This document shows, piece after piece, positions 25,965 through 38,160 of a stretch of DNA of 64,000 nucleotides (the stretch's first letter is position 1; each line of letters starts with the position of its first letter). A model generated the notes under the pieces. The model had not been told where the DNA came from, did no database searches, and saw only the letters and a list, made by a program, of their open reading frames with translations. This stretch comes from Glaucostegus cemiculus. Lineage: Eukaryota. The position numbers were made by a program, and so were the translations under genes. The DNA is taken from assembly GCA_976551045.1 (NCBI GenBank), contig CDPCPM010000125.1, positions 124,001 to 188,000 on the forward strand, read 5' to 3'.

Positions 25965-27055
25965 TCGGTTTATTTCAGATTAGTGAATTGTCATTTTCAC
26001 GAGTCGCGTGAAGCTCAAACAGTTCACAGTCGTTATGGTAAAAAAAACACAGCAACAAATACAACAAGAAATGCCTTGTGCGCAAAACAGCGGAATGGTC
26101 CAAACTGAAGTAGTGCAAAATGAAACGCTGAGGTGACAATAACGGCAGAGATAGAATTCAGGGTTCAAGAACACGGCTGCAGCAGCGGGAAGGGGATGTG
26201 AAAGAGCTATTTGGTTCCGTGGTCTGAACGCAGTGGGGAAGAAGCTGTTCTTGATTTTGGTTGTCCGTGATTTCAAGCCCCCGTGTCTTCTCCTCGCAGG
26301 TAGGAGAGAGAAAAGGGAATTGCCCGGGTGCCGGACGCTCTTGACGCTACCGTTCGCTTTCCTGATTCAACGCACTACGAAGGTGGTCTGGATGGAAAGA
26401 AGTGAGTCTGTGACCGACCGGGCAGTGTTACCACTCTGTGCAGGTTCCGTCGGTCCAGAGCAGAGCAGGTGTCGTCCCAGGCTGAGTTGCAACCTTTCGG
26501 GATGGTATCTGTTGCGCATCTGTAAAAGTTCGAGAGAATCCCCGTGGACAGGCCGAATCTTCTCAGCATCTTCTAAGAACCTTCTAAGAAAGTAAATACG
26601 TCGATGCACTTTCCTGATCACCGCATCAGTGTGGTGGATACCCGGAGATGTTGCTTGCGATATGCATGCCTCGGAACTAGAAACTGTCGCCCATCTCTAC
26701 AGCAGCTCTGTTGATGAGGACAGGGCTGTGTTCGCCCACGTCCGCTTTCCTTACGTCAACAACCAGCTCTTTTCCCTCGCTAATATTAGGGATTAGGTTG
26801 TTGTTCTGGCACCATGAGAGGTTTACCATGTTTCCTGTACTCTGTTTCACCATTGCTGCTCAGGATAATAACAAAGGTGTCACCGGCGAAATGGAAAATC
26901 GATTTGGCACTGCATTTGGCCTCACGAGTATGGGTGTACAGGAAGTCGAGTAGGGGACTGAGCACTCCACAGTGGGGAGCACCTGTTGTAGGGGTCAGAT
27001 TCCAGAAGGCGGTAAGCAAGTCCAGAAGGCAGTTCCGAGGGCAGACCATTGCATG
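25965..27055 (-). mobile_element. Rex1/Babar-like LINE remnant (paralog of 9820-10900)
   Basis: TGAPHCGVLSPLLDFLYTH, HRRIYFLRR, LSNFYRC, KNSFFPTAFR. Confidence 0.72.
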
Positions 27056-27523
27056 AAGAGGAAAATGAAGTGGTTTGTTTTGCAGGTGTAACGTTAGACA
27101 AGAACGTTAATTCCATCGAATTCTGGTGTTGAATCAAAGGCGATTAATTGTCTATTAGAAAATCTGGACATTTGGACGCAGCTCAAGAAACGAGAATTGA
27201 ATTATGTAATTCGTTTACATCTATGATATTGCAAAACAGAACATGAGATACCTTTCCAATTTGCAGTGTACAACCAGTTTTACACACACATTGACTTTAC
27301 TTCAATGATAACCTCTCTTCAAGCATCCTTGTGCCTCTGTTTCCCAACTCACCACTACCCCCACCTCCCCCCCACCCCGCATCGGGTTCGATCTGCCCGT
27401 TATCCTTCACCCTTGCTAAATCCACTAATCTCTCTGGCCTCTGTCTCACTTCTCCCCTCTTCTTTCTATTGCTATGTTCCCCTTTATGCTTAGTCCTGAC
27501 GCCGAATTCCTATTGAGTGGATT

Positions 27524-28205
27524 TTACAAAGTGAAGGTTAATTTTACCACATCCTTCAGCTGGTCCCTGAAATTAGTCTGGGCAACAGCGTAAAGTGCAG
27601 TGTTAGTGCAGCAGCTCAGGTGCCGCATCAAGAAGGCCACTTCTCGCACCGATAAACGTGGGGACACTGATATGGCTCTCATATAAGCCGGATCCACAAA
27701 TAAAACACCGTCCATAACAGGATGATGCTGCCCGAGACGGCCAGCAGTAGAATGATGGATTTGCTGCGGCGCCTCATCTCTGGTCTCTGACACTCTCCCC
27801 ACTACTGGGACCCCGGAGTCTCCTGTGAGCTCTGCTGGCCACAAGCACATCTTCAAAGACAGAGCACTGAGCAGCAGATTCAGGACAAATGGGATTATTG
27901 GGGTCAGGAGATAATGACAGAATTCGATTATTATCCACACTGGCGATTTCAGACGACCTCGTCCTTCCGAATAGAACCAGGGGTCATCAGAAAGAGCACA
28001 CCCATCTTGACAACAGAAGATAAAAGCATATGTTCTTTATGCAGCTGATCGCAGACACCGGAAAAACACTGCAGCCGCCGTTCTCTCCGCGCAATATCTA
28101 GTTTTAAATGTCTGTGAACAAATGGCCACTAATCGATCAAAGGTGAAGGTGAGGGTGAACCCGAAGGAACAATCAGTGACCACGTCAAGCCGGACTGGGC
28201 GGACT
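27524..28205 (-). pseudogene. Third GPR139/142-like GPCR pseudogene (TM3 to C-terminus; 5' part lost)
   Basis: Reverse complement encodes TDCSFGFTLTFTFDRLVAICSQTFKTRYCAERTAA ... HYLLTPIIPF ... LSCCTNTALYAVAQTNFRDQLK, with frameshifts and deletions. Confidence 0.82.
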
Positions 28206-28250
28206 ATACAGAGGTGACATAATCGGACATGGCTATTTCAAACAGTACGT

Positions 28251-28271
28251 GTTCCATTCCCGGTCGGGGAA
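28251..28271 (+). pseudogene. 3' remnant of a TTC-slot tRNA-Glu
   Basis: gttccattcccggtcggggaa followed by the TTC-type 3' flank. Confidence 0.6.
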
Positions 28272-29324
28272 GTATGTTTTGCAAGCTGCCACACGTGATA
28301 ACTTTCATATTCTACACTTGCTCCATCAACCATTGAAATATCAATCAACGTCTCCTGCCGACACAAGTCAGTAGGCATCCTTTTCCGAGTGAGCCTGCCA
28401 CCTTGCAGAATCGGGATTCCCTGACTGCAAATTAGCAGCTGAGTTGATAGGATTCACTCAATGATGACGAAGTTCACATCCCACATGCATCTGCCACCCT
28501 CACCGTTCAACTAGTCCCCTGCACTCTCGATCCATCATAGAATCGCTAAGTGACAGCGTTAATCTAAAGCGCTTGTGACGTGGAAGAAGCGAGTGCACCG
28601 AGGGGGAGAATTGTGATGTTTTTGCCAGAAATGCCGCGTAAGAGGTAGGAAATTAATTTTGTTGTCTGAGGGTTTGAGGCAAAAATTCAGATGAGCGCGC
28701 GACTGTAAGTCGAAGGATGCCACTGAAATCCGCAAGAAGTGGAGGTCGGCTTCTACTGGCATCGAACTGTGGATGGAGGTGAAGAGACTAGAACTCCAGA
28801 GGAGCTTTAGACAAGGTAATTTTGAGGGCCTGTAATTCGAAGGTGAACATTGTCAGAAGGCAGAGAAGATATTACATGCAAGGTTATTGAATGCGAGGAA
28901 GCGTGGCATAAACAGCCAGGGCGAACTCAAATAATCAATCATCAGAAATCGGCAAAAATGTGCAGCCGTGATAACAGAGGAAGAGCGAAATGTGCTCCAG
29001 CTACGGAGGTTGCATTCGATTGAAGAAAAGCATAAATCTCTGACTGGAATGTGAATCGAAGATTGTTGAGGATATGCTGTCAGTGTCGAATTCATGATTT
29101 AACAGGGTCATTTTTCCTGACTGTCTTCGGTTGAAATAAAAAAAGTGGTCGATAAAATACCATAAGACACATTTTCATGACAGGATGCTTTGCACTCGGG
29201 TTGCTGTCCTCGCCCGACAATTTTGTTGCCCTGGGAACTGCTGGGATGTGAACAGTCAACTGTGCAAGTTGACTGGATACGAAAAAAGGCCATTCTTGTT
29301 CTGCGGGGTTACGTTTTGTCAGTT

Positions 29325-29396
29325 TCCTTGGTGGTCAAGCGTTTACGATATGATGCCGTCACACCCGCGGCCCAGGTTCGATTCCCGGACACGGAA
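29325..29396 (+). pseudogene. Heavily decayed CTC-slot tRNA-Glu; anticodon position reads GTC
   Basis: Ungapped 72-nt alignment with many substitutions; CTC-type flanks. Confidence 0.75.
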
Positions 29397-30576
29397 GTGT
29401 GTTTTGGTAACTGGAACCAGTCAGAATCTTCGGTCCAGCATCAGATTTGCTGACACACAGGGCTTCTGCCAGCAGAATGATCAAGGTATCTTCCTCTTCA
29501 TTGTGATGCTCCCGGACGCGCTAGCGCGTATTAGAAGGTACAAGTCCAGTTGAATTTCATCCACTTTGACCAAATAACAGCAGGCAACGATCGCAGCTAT
29601 GAACGAGATGAGATGCCAACAAGTGGTCGGAAGGTTAGAGATGCCACTGGAAGTACGGCTGTTCAGCCGGCGCAATTTGACTGGGTTGACTTGCCTGCGA
29701 ATCTGCAGGCAGCTTCCGACTCCTCAGCCGAGATCTTGTAAAAGGGAGCCTTTCCACGGTAAAACAGGCTGTGCCCTGAGAATTCCTTCGGAAACCATTG
29801 GACAAAACCACGCTAGCCTAAAGGATAAAAGAGCAATGGTGTCCAGTGCACCCAAAAGCGAGAAATGTAACGCCTGCTCATGGTTTTTCTGCAACGGCGG
29901 GGCGGCAGTTCTTGCAGGCCTGGTGGCCTGGGGCTCCTGCTTGGTTTGGGCCATTTCAGCTCCGGCAATTGGAGATTGCTAGCTGATGGCGTAGAGATCT
30001 GGTGAATGTTCCATGAATAAACATCGTCGGTGCCCCTCAGTTTAAGACAACAAGCAAAATTCATGAAATGAATTGTCGTAATCTCGGGGAGAAGAAATAA
30101 AGTATAGCAGAAGAAGGATTTTTGTATGTCAAAAGGTGTCACAATTGGTAAGGATATCTGAAATAGAGCAGAGGCCTCTCTTTCACATGAAAGAAATGCA
30201 TGGCGTTGTTTCAAGTGCGCATGTACAGAAGGTATGGCAGCATTGAAGAAGGCCGTGCAAACGTGCTGGTGAGCTGGACGTGAAGTTGTCTGAAAAGGAA
30301 GAATTTCTCAGTTGATTGTCAATGGTAGTTGGTTGAGACGATATTGACAATTGAGGATTTCAGCGAAGCAGCTTTGACCTTTGTGCATGTTGAGAATGGT
30401 GGTGGATTCGTTTGCAGCTTGAGTGAAAAGATGAGATCAGTGTCCATTTGGCTGGGGTGAATTTACTGCTTGTATGTCCGCTGGGACGTGATGAGAAAAT
30501 AATTTTGAATGCTTGTTTTCTGATTTGTGATCTAGGCAAAGAGAATGTTGGTGAGCTGTGGTGATTTCAGTCAGAT

Positions 30577-30648
30577 TCCATGGTGGTCTAGTGGTTAGGA
30601 TTCGGCGCTTTCACCGCCGCGGCCCGGGTTCGATTCCCGGTTAGGGAA
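30577..30648 (+). tRNA. trnE: tRNA-Glu(TTC), two acceptor-stem changes
   Basis: tccatgg/ttaggga; A and B boxes intact. Confidence 0.75.
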
Positions 30649-31510
30649 GTAAGTTTTGGAAGCTGCGATAACTACCAGAGTGTTCATCTGCACCACAAAA
30701 AAGCGATATATCAATCAGCGTCTCTTCTGGATACAGTGAGCACGGCATCCTCCACCGAGTGAGCCTGCGGGCATGCAGGAAACTGACTTCCCTAGCTTAG
30801 TTGATAGAATTTACGCAGAGATGAAGAAGCTGACATCCGTCTCGTAATGTCGCGCTCATCTTTGAATCAGTCAGTTGCAGTCGCAACCATTGGACAGTCG
30901 CCAAATAACAGAGTCAACCAAACGTGATTGGATCTTTAAGGAAACAGGTGCACAGAAGGAAAGATTGCCTTTGTAACAGTTTGAAGCTGAAGTTTGTCAG
31001 TTGGCAGAGAAGGTTTCACAATCATAGTGTATAATTGTTGGCGCGGTGTAAACAGTCACGATGAACACAAAGCAACAAGCATCAGTAATCTCCACATGAC
31101 GTGAACGCAATGCCTGTTCTTCGTTCGTCTTTGGAAGCAAAAGATTATGCGGCCGCGAAGCAAAAGGAAAAGTTGAAATGGTCTCTAGCGACGGAGTTTG
31201 CATTCGATTGGAGAGCAGGAGAAATCTCTGACTGGAATGGGAATCGAAGATTTTTGAGGACAGCCAGTCAGTGTCGAGATGCAGATTTGACAAGAGCATG
31301 TTCCTTGACTGTGTTTGATTGAACGAAATATTGATTGAGAAGGAACCTGCGACAGACTTTCATGGCAGGATGCTTTACAGTCGGACTGCTGTTGTCGCGC
31401 GACCATTATTTTGCCCGATGAACTGCTGCAGGTGGATAGAAAGCCTTTTCTATGGTTGGCTGGATATAAATGAAAGCCATTCTTTATTTGCGTCGGTTGC
31501 AGTTGTCAAT

Positions 31511-31581
31511 TCCCAGCCGGTCCAGTGGTTAGGATTCGGCGCTCTCACAGCCGCAGCCGGGTTCGATTCTCGGCCAGGGAA
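31511..31581 (+). pseudogene. trnE: tRNA-Glu(CTC), degenerate
   Basis: Altered 5' end (tcccagccgg), 1-nt deletion. Confidence 0.75.
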
Positions 31582-32507
31582 GTGTGTTTTGGGACATGGA
31601 ACCAGTCAGAATCTAGGGAGCAAGCAGCCGCTGGACCAGCATCAGATTTGCTGACACTGGGCTTCTGGCGGCGTAATGATCAAGGTATCTTCCACTTGAC
31701 TGTGAAGCTCCGGGACAGGCTAGCGAATATTAGAAGGGACACAAAGAGTTGATTTTTGAAAACATTGACCAAATAAAACATCACACCGACCTCAGCTGTG
31801 AATAAGGTGTGATGCCAAATAGTCGTCGCAAACGTAGAAATGTGACTGGACGTGCGGCTGCACAGCCGGCACAAATAGACTGCGTTGCTTTGTCTGCCAG
31901 TCTGAAGGCTGCTTCCGACTCCTGAGGCGAGATGTTGTCAAAGGGAGCCTTTTCACTGTAAATCAGGCTGTGCCCTGAAAATTCCTTCAGAAACCATTGG
32001 ACTAACCCACGCAATCTTAAAGTACCAAAGGGCAATGGTGTCCAGTGCACCCAATAGCGGGAAATGTACGCATGCTGATACTACAGCCAGAACGTCTCGG
32101 TGGCAGTTCTGGCAGGCCTGCCGGCCTAGAATCTCTGCTTCTTTTGTGCCACTACAGCTCGGGATATTGGAGACTGTCAGCTGATGGCGTCGACATCTGG
32201 TGAATGCCCATTGAAGAAATCTTGTCCGTTTAAGACAAGCCAACTTCATAAATTGAGTTGTTGGAAATCTCGGGGAGAAGGTAGAAAGTACAGCAGAAGA
32301 AAGAATTTTGATTGCCATTGTCGAGAGGTGACATAATCGGATACGGACGTTTGAAAGAAAACAGCGGAAAGGGCGTGTCCGTTACGTGAGAGAAATGCAT
32401 GTCGTTGTTTCAACTCCGCATATACAGAAAGTATGGCGGCAATGAAGAAGGCAGGGCAAACGTGTTGATAATCTTGACCTGAAGATGTCTGAAGGGGAAG
32501 ATTTTCT

Positions 32508-32612
32508 TTAAATTTTTGTTTACAGCGCGTTAACAGGCCCTTTCGGCCCAACGAGTCCACGCCGCCTATTTCAAACCCCCAAATTAACTTACCCGTACGA
32601 CTTTAGAACGTC
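32508..32612 (-). mobile_element. ~105-bp retroposon (SINE/LINE 3' end) fragment inserted in the spacer
   Basis: Interrupts gaagattttct|cagttg present in other units; aacaggccctttcggccca motif typical of CR1-family-related 3' ends. Confidence 0.55.
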
Positions 32613-32887
32613 TTTCCCAGTTGAATGGCAATGAAAATTTTTTGAGACGATATTGGCGACTGAGGATTCCAGCGAAACATCTTTGACCCTTGTGTATGTT
32701 GAGGATGGAGGTTGCCTCGCCTGCAGCTTGACTGAAATGAAGACAACAGTGTCCATTTGGCTGGGGTGAATTTAGCTGCCTGTACGCCTGCTGGGACGTG
32801 ATGAGAAAAATCATTTTGAATGCTGTTTTACTGAATTCTGATCTAGGCCAAGAGAATGTTGGTGAGCTGTGATGATTTCAGTCAGAT

Positions 32888-32959
32888 TCGCTGGTGGTCC
32901 AGTGGTCAGGATTCGGCGCTTTCACCGCCGCGCCCCGGGTTCGATTTCCGGTCAGGGAA
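32888..32959 (+). pseudogene. trnE: tRNA-Glu(TTC), probably non-functional
   Basis: Five substitutions, including acceptor stem and B-box (gattTc). Confidence 0.7.
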
Positions 32960-34216
32960 GTAAGTTTTGGAAGCTGCGACATGTGAAAACTTTAAGAATC
33001 TTCATCTGCACCAAAAACCATTGATATATCAATCATCAGCTCTTCTGGATACAGTGAGCACGGCATCCTCCACAGAATGAGAAGGCTATCTTGCAGGAAT
33101 TGTGCTTCCCTGACTGTAAATCAGTGGCTGAATTGTTAGAATTTACCCGAAGAATGAATAAGGTCCCATCCCACTCGTATCTGTCGCCCTCATCATTCCA
33201 TCAGTCCGCTGCAGTCGCGACCCATTAGACAGTCGATAAATAACAGAGTAAATCGAAGGTGATTGCATCTTGGAAGGTAACTGGTGCACAGACTGAAAGA
33301 CCTGAGGTTTAGCAATTTAAGGATGAAGGTTGTAAGAAGGCAGAGCAGATATCACAGTCATGATTAATCGATGCTTGGAGGCATAGGATAAACAGCCACA
33401 GTGAAATTAAATCATTAAATATCAGATATGTGTATGTGGCGTGAAAGGAATGCCTGTCCTTCTTTCATTTCTGTCAGCAAAAGAAGTGATACGGCGGTGA
33501 TGTGTAAGGTAAATCAGGCTCTGCCCTGCGAATTCCTTGGGAAGCCATCGGACTAAGCCAAGCAGTCCTAAGGGACCATGGGCAATGGTGTCCAGTGCAG
33601 CCAGTAGCTGGAAATGTAACGCCTGCTGATGCTATATCTGGAACGGATCGGCGGCAGTTCTTGCAGGCGTGCCGCCCTGGGACCCTGCTTAATTTGTGCC
33701 AATTCAGCTCCGGCAATTGTAGATTGTCAGGTGATGGAGTTGACAACTCGTGAAAGTTCATTGAATAAATATCGTCTGTGCCCGTCACTGTAAAACAGCA
33801 AGCAAAATTCTTACATTTACTTGTAGGAAATCTCGGGCAGAATCTAGTTTCAACTACGAATGTACAGAAGGTATGGCAGCAATGAAGAAGGCAGGGGAAC
33901 CGTGCTGATGATCTTGACGTGAAGATGTCTGAAAAGGAAGATTGCCTCAGTTGATTGTCAATGGCAGTTGATTGAGACGATATTGGCGACTGAGGATTCC
34001 AGCGAAGCAGCTTTAACCCTTGTGTATGATGAGAATAAAGTTGGATTCCCTTGCAGCTTGAGCGAAAAGATGAGATCAGTGTCTATTTCGCTGGGGTGAA
34101 TTTAGCTGCCCGTACGTCTGCTGGGAAAAGATGAGAAAATCATTTCGAATGCTTGTTTTCTGATTTGTGAACTCGACAAAGAGAATGATAGTGAGCTGTT
34201 GTGATTTCAGTCAGAT

Positions 34217-34288
34217 TACCTGGTGGGGCAATGGTCAGGATTCGGCGCTCCCACCGCCGCGGGCCGGGTTCGATTCCGGGTCAGAGAA
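34217..34288 (+). pseudogene. TTC-slot tRNA-Glu derivative; anticodon reads CCC
   Basis: tacctggtggggcaatgg...gctCCCaccgcc; multiple stem mismatches. Confidence 0.72.
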
Positions 34289-35157
34289 GTATGTTTTGGA
34301 AGCTGCGGCAAGTGATAAATTTTGGAATCTCATCTGCATCACAAACCAGTGATATATCAATCAACGTCCCATCTGGACACAGTGAGCACGACATCCTCAA
34401 CCGAGTGAACCTGCTAGCTTGCAGGAAACTGGCTTGCCTGCCTGCATATTAGTAACTGAGTTGTTAGAATTGATGCAAAGACGAACAAGCTCACATCCCA
34501 CTCGTATCCGTCGCTCTCATCTTTCAATCAGACAGCTACGGTCGCGACCCTATTCCACAGTCGCTAAACAACAGAGGAAATGGAAAGCGGTTGCATCTTG
34601 ATGGAAACAGGTGCACAGATGTAAAGACTTGAGGGGTACCAATTTCAAGGTGAATATTTTCAGTTGGCAGGTGATAATTAATTGATAACGGGTAGCTTGG
34701 AGTAAACAGGCACGGTGAACGCAACTCATCTGCCATCAGAAATCTCCACATGACGTGAAAGGAATGCATTTCCTTATATCGTTTCTCGAAGCAAAAGGTG
34801 ATACGGCCGTGAGGCCAAAGGAAAGGGTGAAATAGTCACTAGCGACTGAGGTTGCATTCGATTGGAAAGCAGGAGAAATCTCTGACTGGAATGGGAATCG
34901 ACAGCCAGTCAATGTCGAGATGCAGATTTGACAAGAGCATGTTCCTTGACTGTGTTTGTTTGAACGTAATAGTGATTGAGAAAAAGCCTGAGACAGACTT
35001 TCATGGCAGGATGCTTTACACTCGGGCTGCTCTGCAGTTGTCGCTCGACCACTATCTTGCCAGAGGAACAGCTGGCAGGTGTATAGAAAGCATTTTCTAT
35101 GGTTGGCTAGATACAAATGAAAGCCATTCTTGATCTGTGTCCGTCGAAGTTGTCAAT

Positions 35158-35229
35158 TCCCTGGTGGTCTAGTGGTTAGGATTCGGCGCTCTCACCGCCG
35201 CAGCCCGGGTTCGATTCCCGGCCAGGGAA
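35158..35229 (+). tRNA. trnE: tRNA-Glu(CTC), intact (G45A variant)
   Basis: Consensus except variable-loop gcAgc; TTTT terminator. Confidence 0.92.
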
Positions 35230-35627
35230 GTATGTTTTATCAACTGGAACCAGTCAGAATCTGGGGAGCAAGCAGCCACTGGACCAGCATCAGATTTGCT
35301 GACACAGGGCTTCTACCGACGGAATGATCAAGGTTTCTTCCACTTGGGTGTCAATCTCCGGGACAGGCAAACTAATATTAGAAGGGATACAACGAGTTGA
35401 TTTTTATCCACTTTGACCAAATTAAAACTCGCACCGATCTCAGCTGTGAATGAGGTGTTATGCCTCATTCGTCTCATTCGAAAATCGTCTCAAGCGTAGA
35501 GATGCCACTGGACGTGCGCTGCACAGCGGGCACAAATAGACTGCGTTGCTTTGTCTGTCAATCTGCAGGCTGCTTCCGACCCCTGAGGCGAGATGTTGCC
35601 GTTGGGAGCCATTTCACGGTAAATCAG

Positions 35628-36351
35628 AATCAGAATCAGAATCAGTTTTAATGTCACAACCATATACATACAAAGTATGCATAGGAGCGAGATACCGTCC
35701 TCCTCAGGTCCTCGTCCCATAAAAAAATAACATAACAACCAACAGAGAGACACATACACACTTGGCAGAATACACAGTATAAATCATTACACATTAAAAG
35801 CTATGGTGATTGAAATTAAATTCAGAATAAATTTTATCTATTGTCACTTTCACGCATACATGTGCAAAAGACATCAAAGACAATAAAGGACACCGGGACA
35901 AAAACATCAAAACATTAACAGCCCCCCAGCCTCACCCCGCACCAACGACCACCTCCAACCCCCGCAGTCCTACAACCTCAGGGCCCACAGACCATCAACA
36001 ACCTTCGGCCCGCAGTCCGACAGTCCGACCACCTCCGGCCCCGCAGTCCGACGACCTCCAGCCCCGCAGGCCGACCACCTCCGGCCCGAGCTGCCCCCTC
36101 ACCGCCCGCATCCCGACGCCACCACGAGGCTCCAGGGCCTTCTACACTCTGCCGCCTCCGATGAGCTCTAACGAGACGTCGGAGCCGTCAGTACCGACAA
36201 CGACTCCATAGAACGAAAACCAAGCACACAGACATCAGGAACAAAGAGCACAAAAGAAAGAAAAGCACAAAAAAACACTAGAAGACTAACAAAAAACCAC
36301 AAGGACTACAGACCTGGGAGAGGCCGCTGCAACTGTGTGAGCCGCCATCTT
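35628..36351 (-). mobile_element. ~0.72-kb non-coding retroposon-like insertion with (CTGATT)n tail and AAGATGGCGGC 5' end
   Basis: Interrupts ggtaaatcag|gctgtgccc; (AATCAG)4 at 35622-35645; internal ~23-bp GC-rich repeats at ~35945-36090. Confidence 0.7.
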
Positions 36352-37165
36352 AAAAAAAAAACAGGCTGTGCCCTGAGAATTTCTTCAGATACCATTGGAC
36401 TAAACCACGCAATCCTAAAGGATCAAAGGGCAATGGTGTCCAGTGAACCCAAAAGCGGTAATGGTCCTCTGCTCATACTGCAGCGGGATCGGCACGGCGG
36501 CAGTTCTGGCAGGCATGCCGGCGTGGTATCTCTGCTTGTTTTGTGCTATTACAGCTCGGGATGTTGAAGACTGCCAGCTGATGGCGTCGGCATCTGGTGA
36601 ATACTCATTGAAGAAATATTGTCCGTTTGAGACAAGCACAATTCATAAATTGAATTGTTGGAATTCTCGGGGTGAAGGTAGAGAGTACAGCAGAAGAAAG
36701 AGTTTTGATTTTCGAATGGTGACATAATCGGGTACGACCACTTGAAATAAAACAGCTGAAAGGCCCTGTACATAACATGCAAGAATGCATGGTGTTGTTT
36801 CAACTAGGCATGTACAGAAGTTATGGCAGGAATGATGAAGGCAGGGCAAACGTGTTGATGATCTTGACCTGAAGTTGTCTGAAAAGAAGATTTTCTCAGT
36901 TGATTGTCAATGAAAATTTTTTGAGACGATATTGGCGACTGAGGATTCCAGCGAAGCATCTTTGACCCCTGTGTATGTTGAGAGTGGAGGCTGCTTCGCC
37001 TGCAGCTTGAGTGAAAGGAAGAGAAGAGTGTCCATTTGGCTGGGGTGAATTTAGCTGCCTGTCCGTGTGCCGGGACGTGATGAATAAATCATTTTGAATG
37101 CTGGTTTTGTGATTTCTGATCTAGGCAAAGAGAATTTTGGTGAGCTGTGGTGATTTCAGTCAGCT

Positions 37166-37237
37166 TCCCTGGTGGTCTAGTGGTCAGGATTCGGCGCCTT
37201 CACAGCCGCGGCCCGGGTTCGATTCCTGGTCAGGGAA
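37166..37237 (+). pseudogene. trnE: tRNA-Glu(TTC), U33C and C39A
   Basis: cggcg cC ttc ac Agccg; B-box intact. Confidence 0.7.
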
Positions 37238-38088
37238 GTAAGGTTTGGAAGCTGCGACGTGAAAACTTTCAGAATCTGCATCTGCACCATAAATCATTGA
37301 TATATCAATCATCGGCTCTTCTGGATACAGTGTGCACAGTATCCTCCACAGGATGAGAAGGGTATATTGCAGGAATCGGGCTTCCCAGACTGTAAATCAG
37401 TGGCTGAATTGTTAGAATTTACCCCAAGATGAATAAGGTCCCATCCCACTCGAATCCGTCGCCCTCATCATTCCATCAGTCCGCTGCAGTCGCGACCCAT
37501 TAGACAGTCGATAAATAACAGAGTCAATCGAAGGTGATTGCATCTTGGAAGGAAGCATGTTCACAGATTGAAAGACCTGAGGGTGAGCAGTTTTTTGATG
37601 AAGATTGTAAGAAGTCTGAGAAGATATCACAGTTATGATTAATCGATGCTTGGCGGCGTGGGATAAACAGCCACAGTGAACTGAAATTATCAAATATCAG
37701 ATATGTCTATGAGGCGTGAAAGGAATGCCTGTCCTTCTTTCGTTTCTGTCAGTAAAAAAGCGATGTTGATTGCATTCGTTTCGAAAGCAGGAGAAATCTC
37801 TAACTGGAATCGGAACTGAAGGTTTTTGAGGACAGCCAGTCAGTGTCGAGATGCAGATTTGACAAGAGCATGTTCCTTGACTGTGTTTGTTTGAACGAAA
37901 TAGTGATTGAGAAAGAGCCTGAGAGAAACTTCTATGGCAGGATGCTATACACTCGGGCTGCTCTGCTGTTGTCGCTCGACCACTCTTTTGCCCGAGGAAC
38001 AGCTGGCTGGTGGATAGAAAGCCTGTTCTATGGTTGGCTGGATACAAATGAAAGCCATTCTTGATCTGCGTCCGTCGTAGCTGTCAAT

Positions 38089-38160
38089 TCCCTGGTGGTC
38101 TAGTGGTTAGGATTCGGCGCTCTCACCGCCGCAGCCCGGGTTCGATTCCCGGCCAGGGAA
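38089..38160 (+). tRNA. trnE: tRNA-Glu(CTC), intact (G45A)
   Basis: Consensus match, TTTT terminator. Confidence 0.92.

Larger units (their letters stand above)
16812..27502 (+). repeat. Segmental duplication copy 2 (GPCR cassette)
   Basis: Colinear with 308-11341; shared sequence ends at cttagtcctga(t/c)gc. Confidence 0.92.

Noticed and set aside
16812-27502. Cassette as an autonomous tRNA-targeting mobile element
   Set aside because: No intact transposase, integrase or RT, no terminal repeats, and the 3' half of the broken tRNA is not found at the far end
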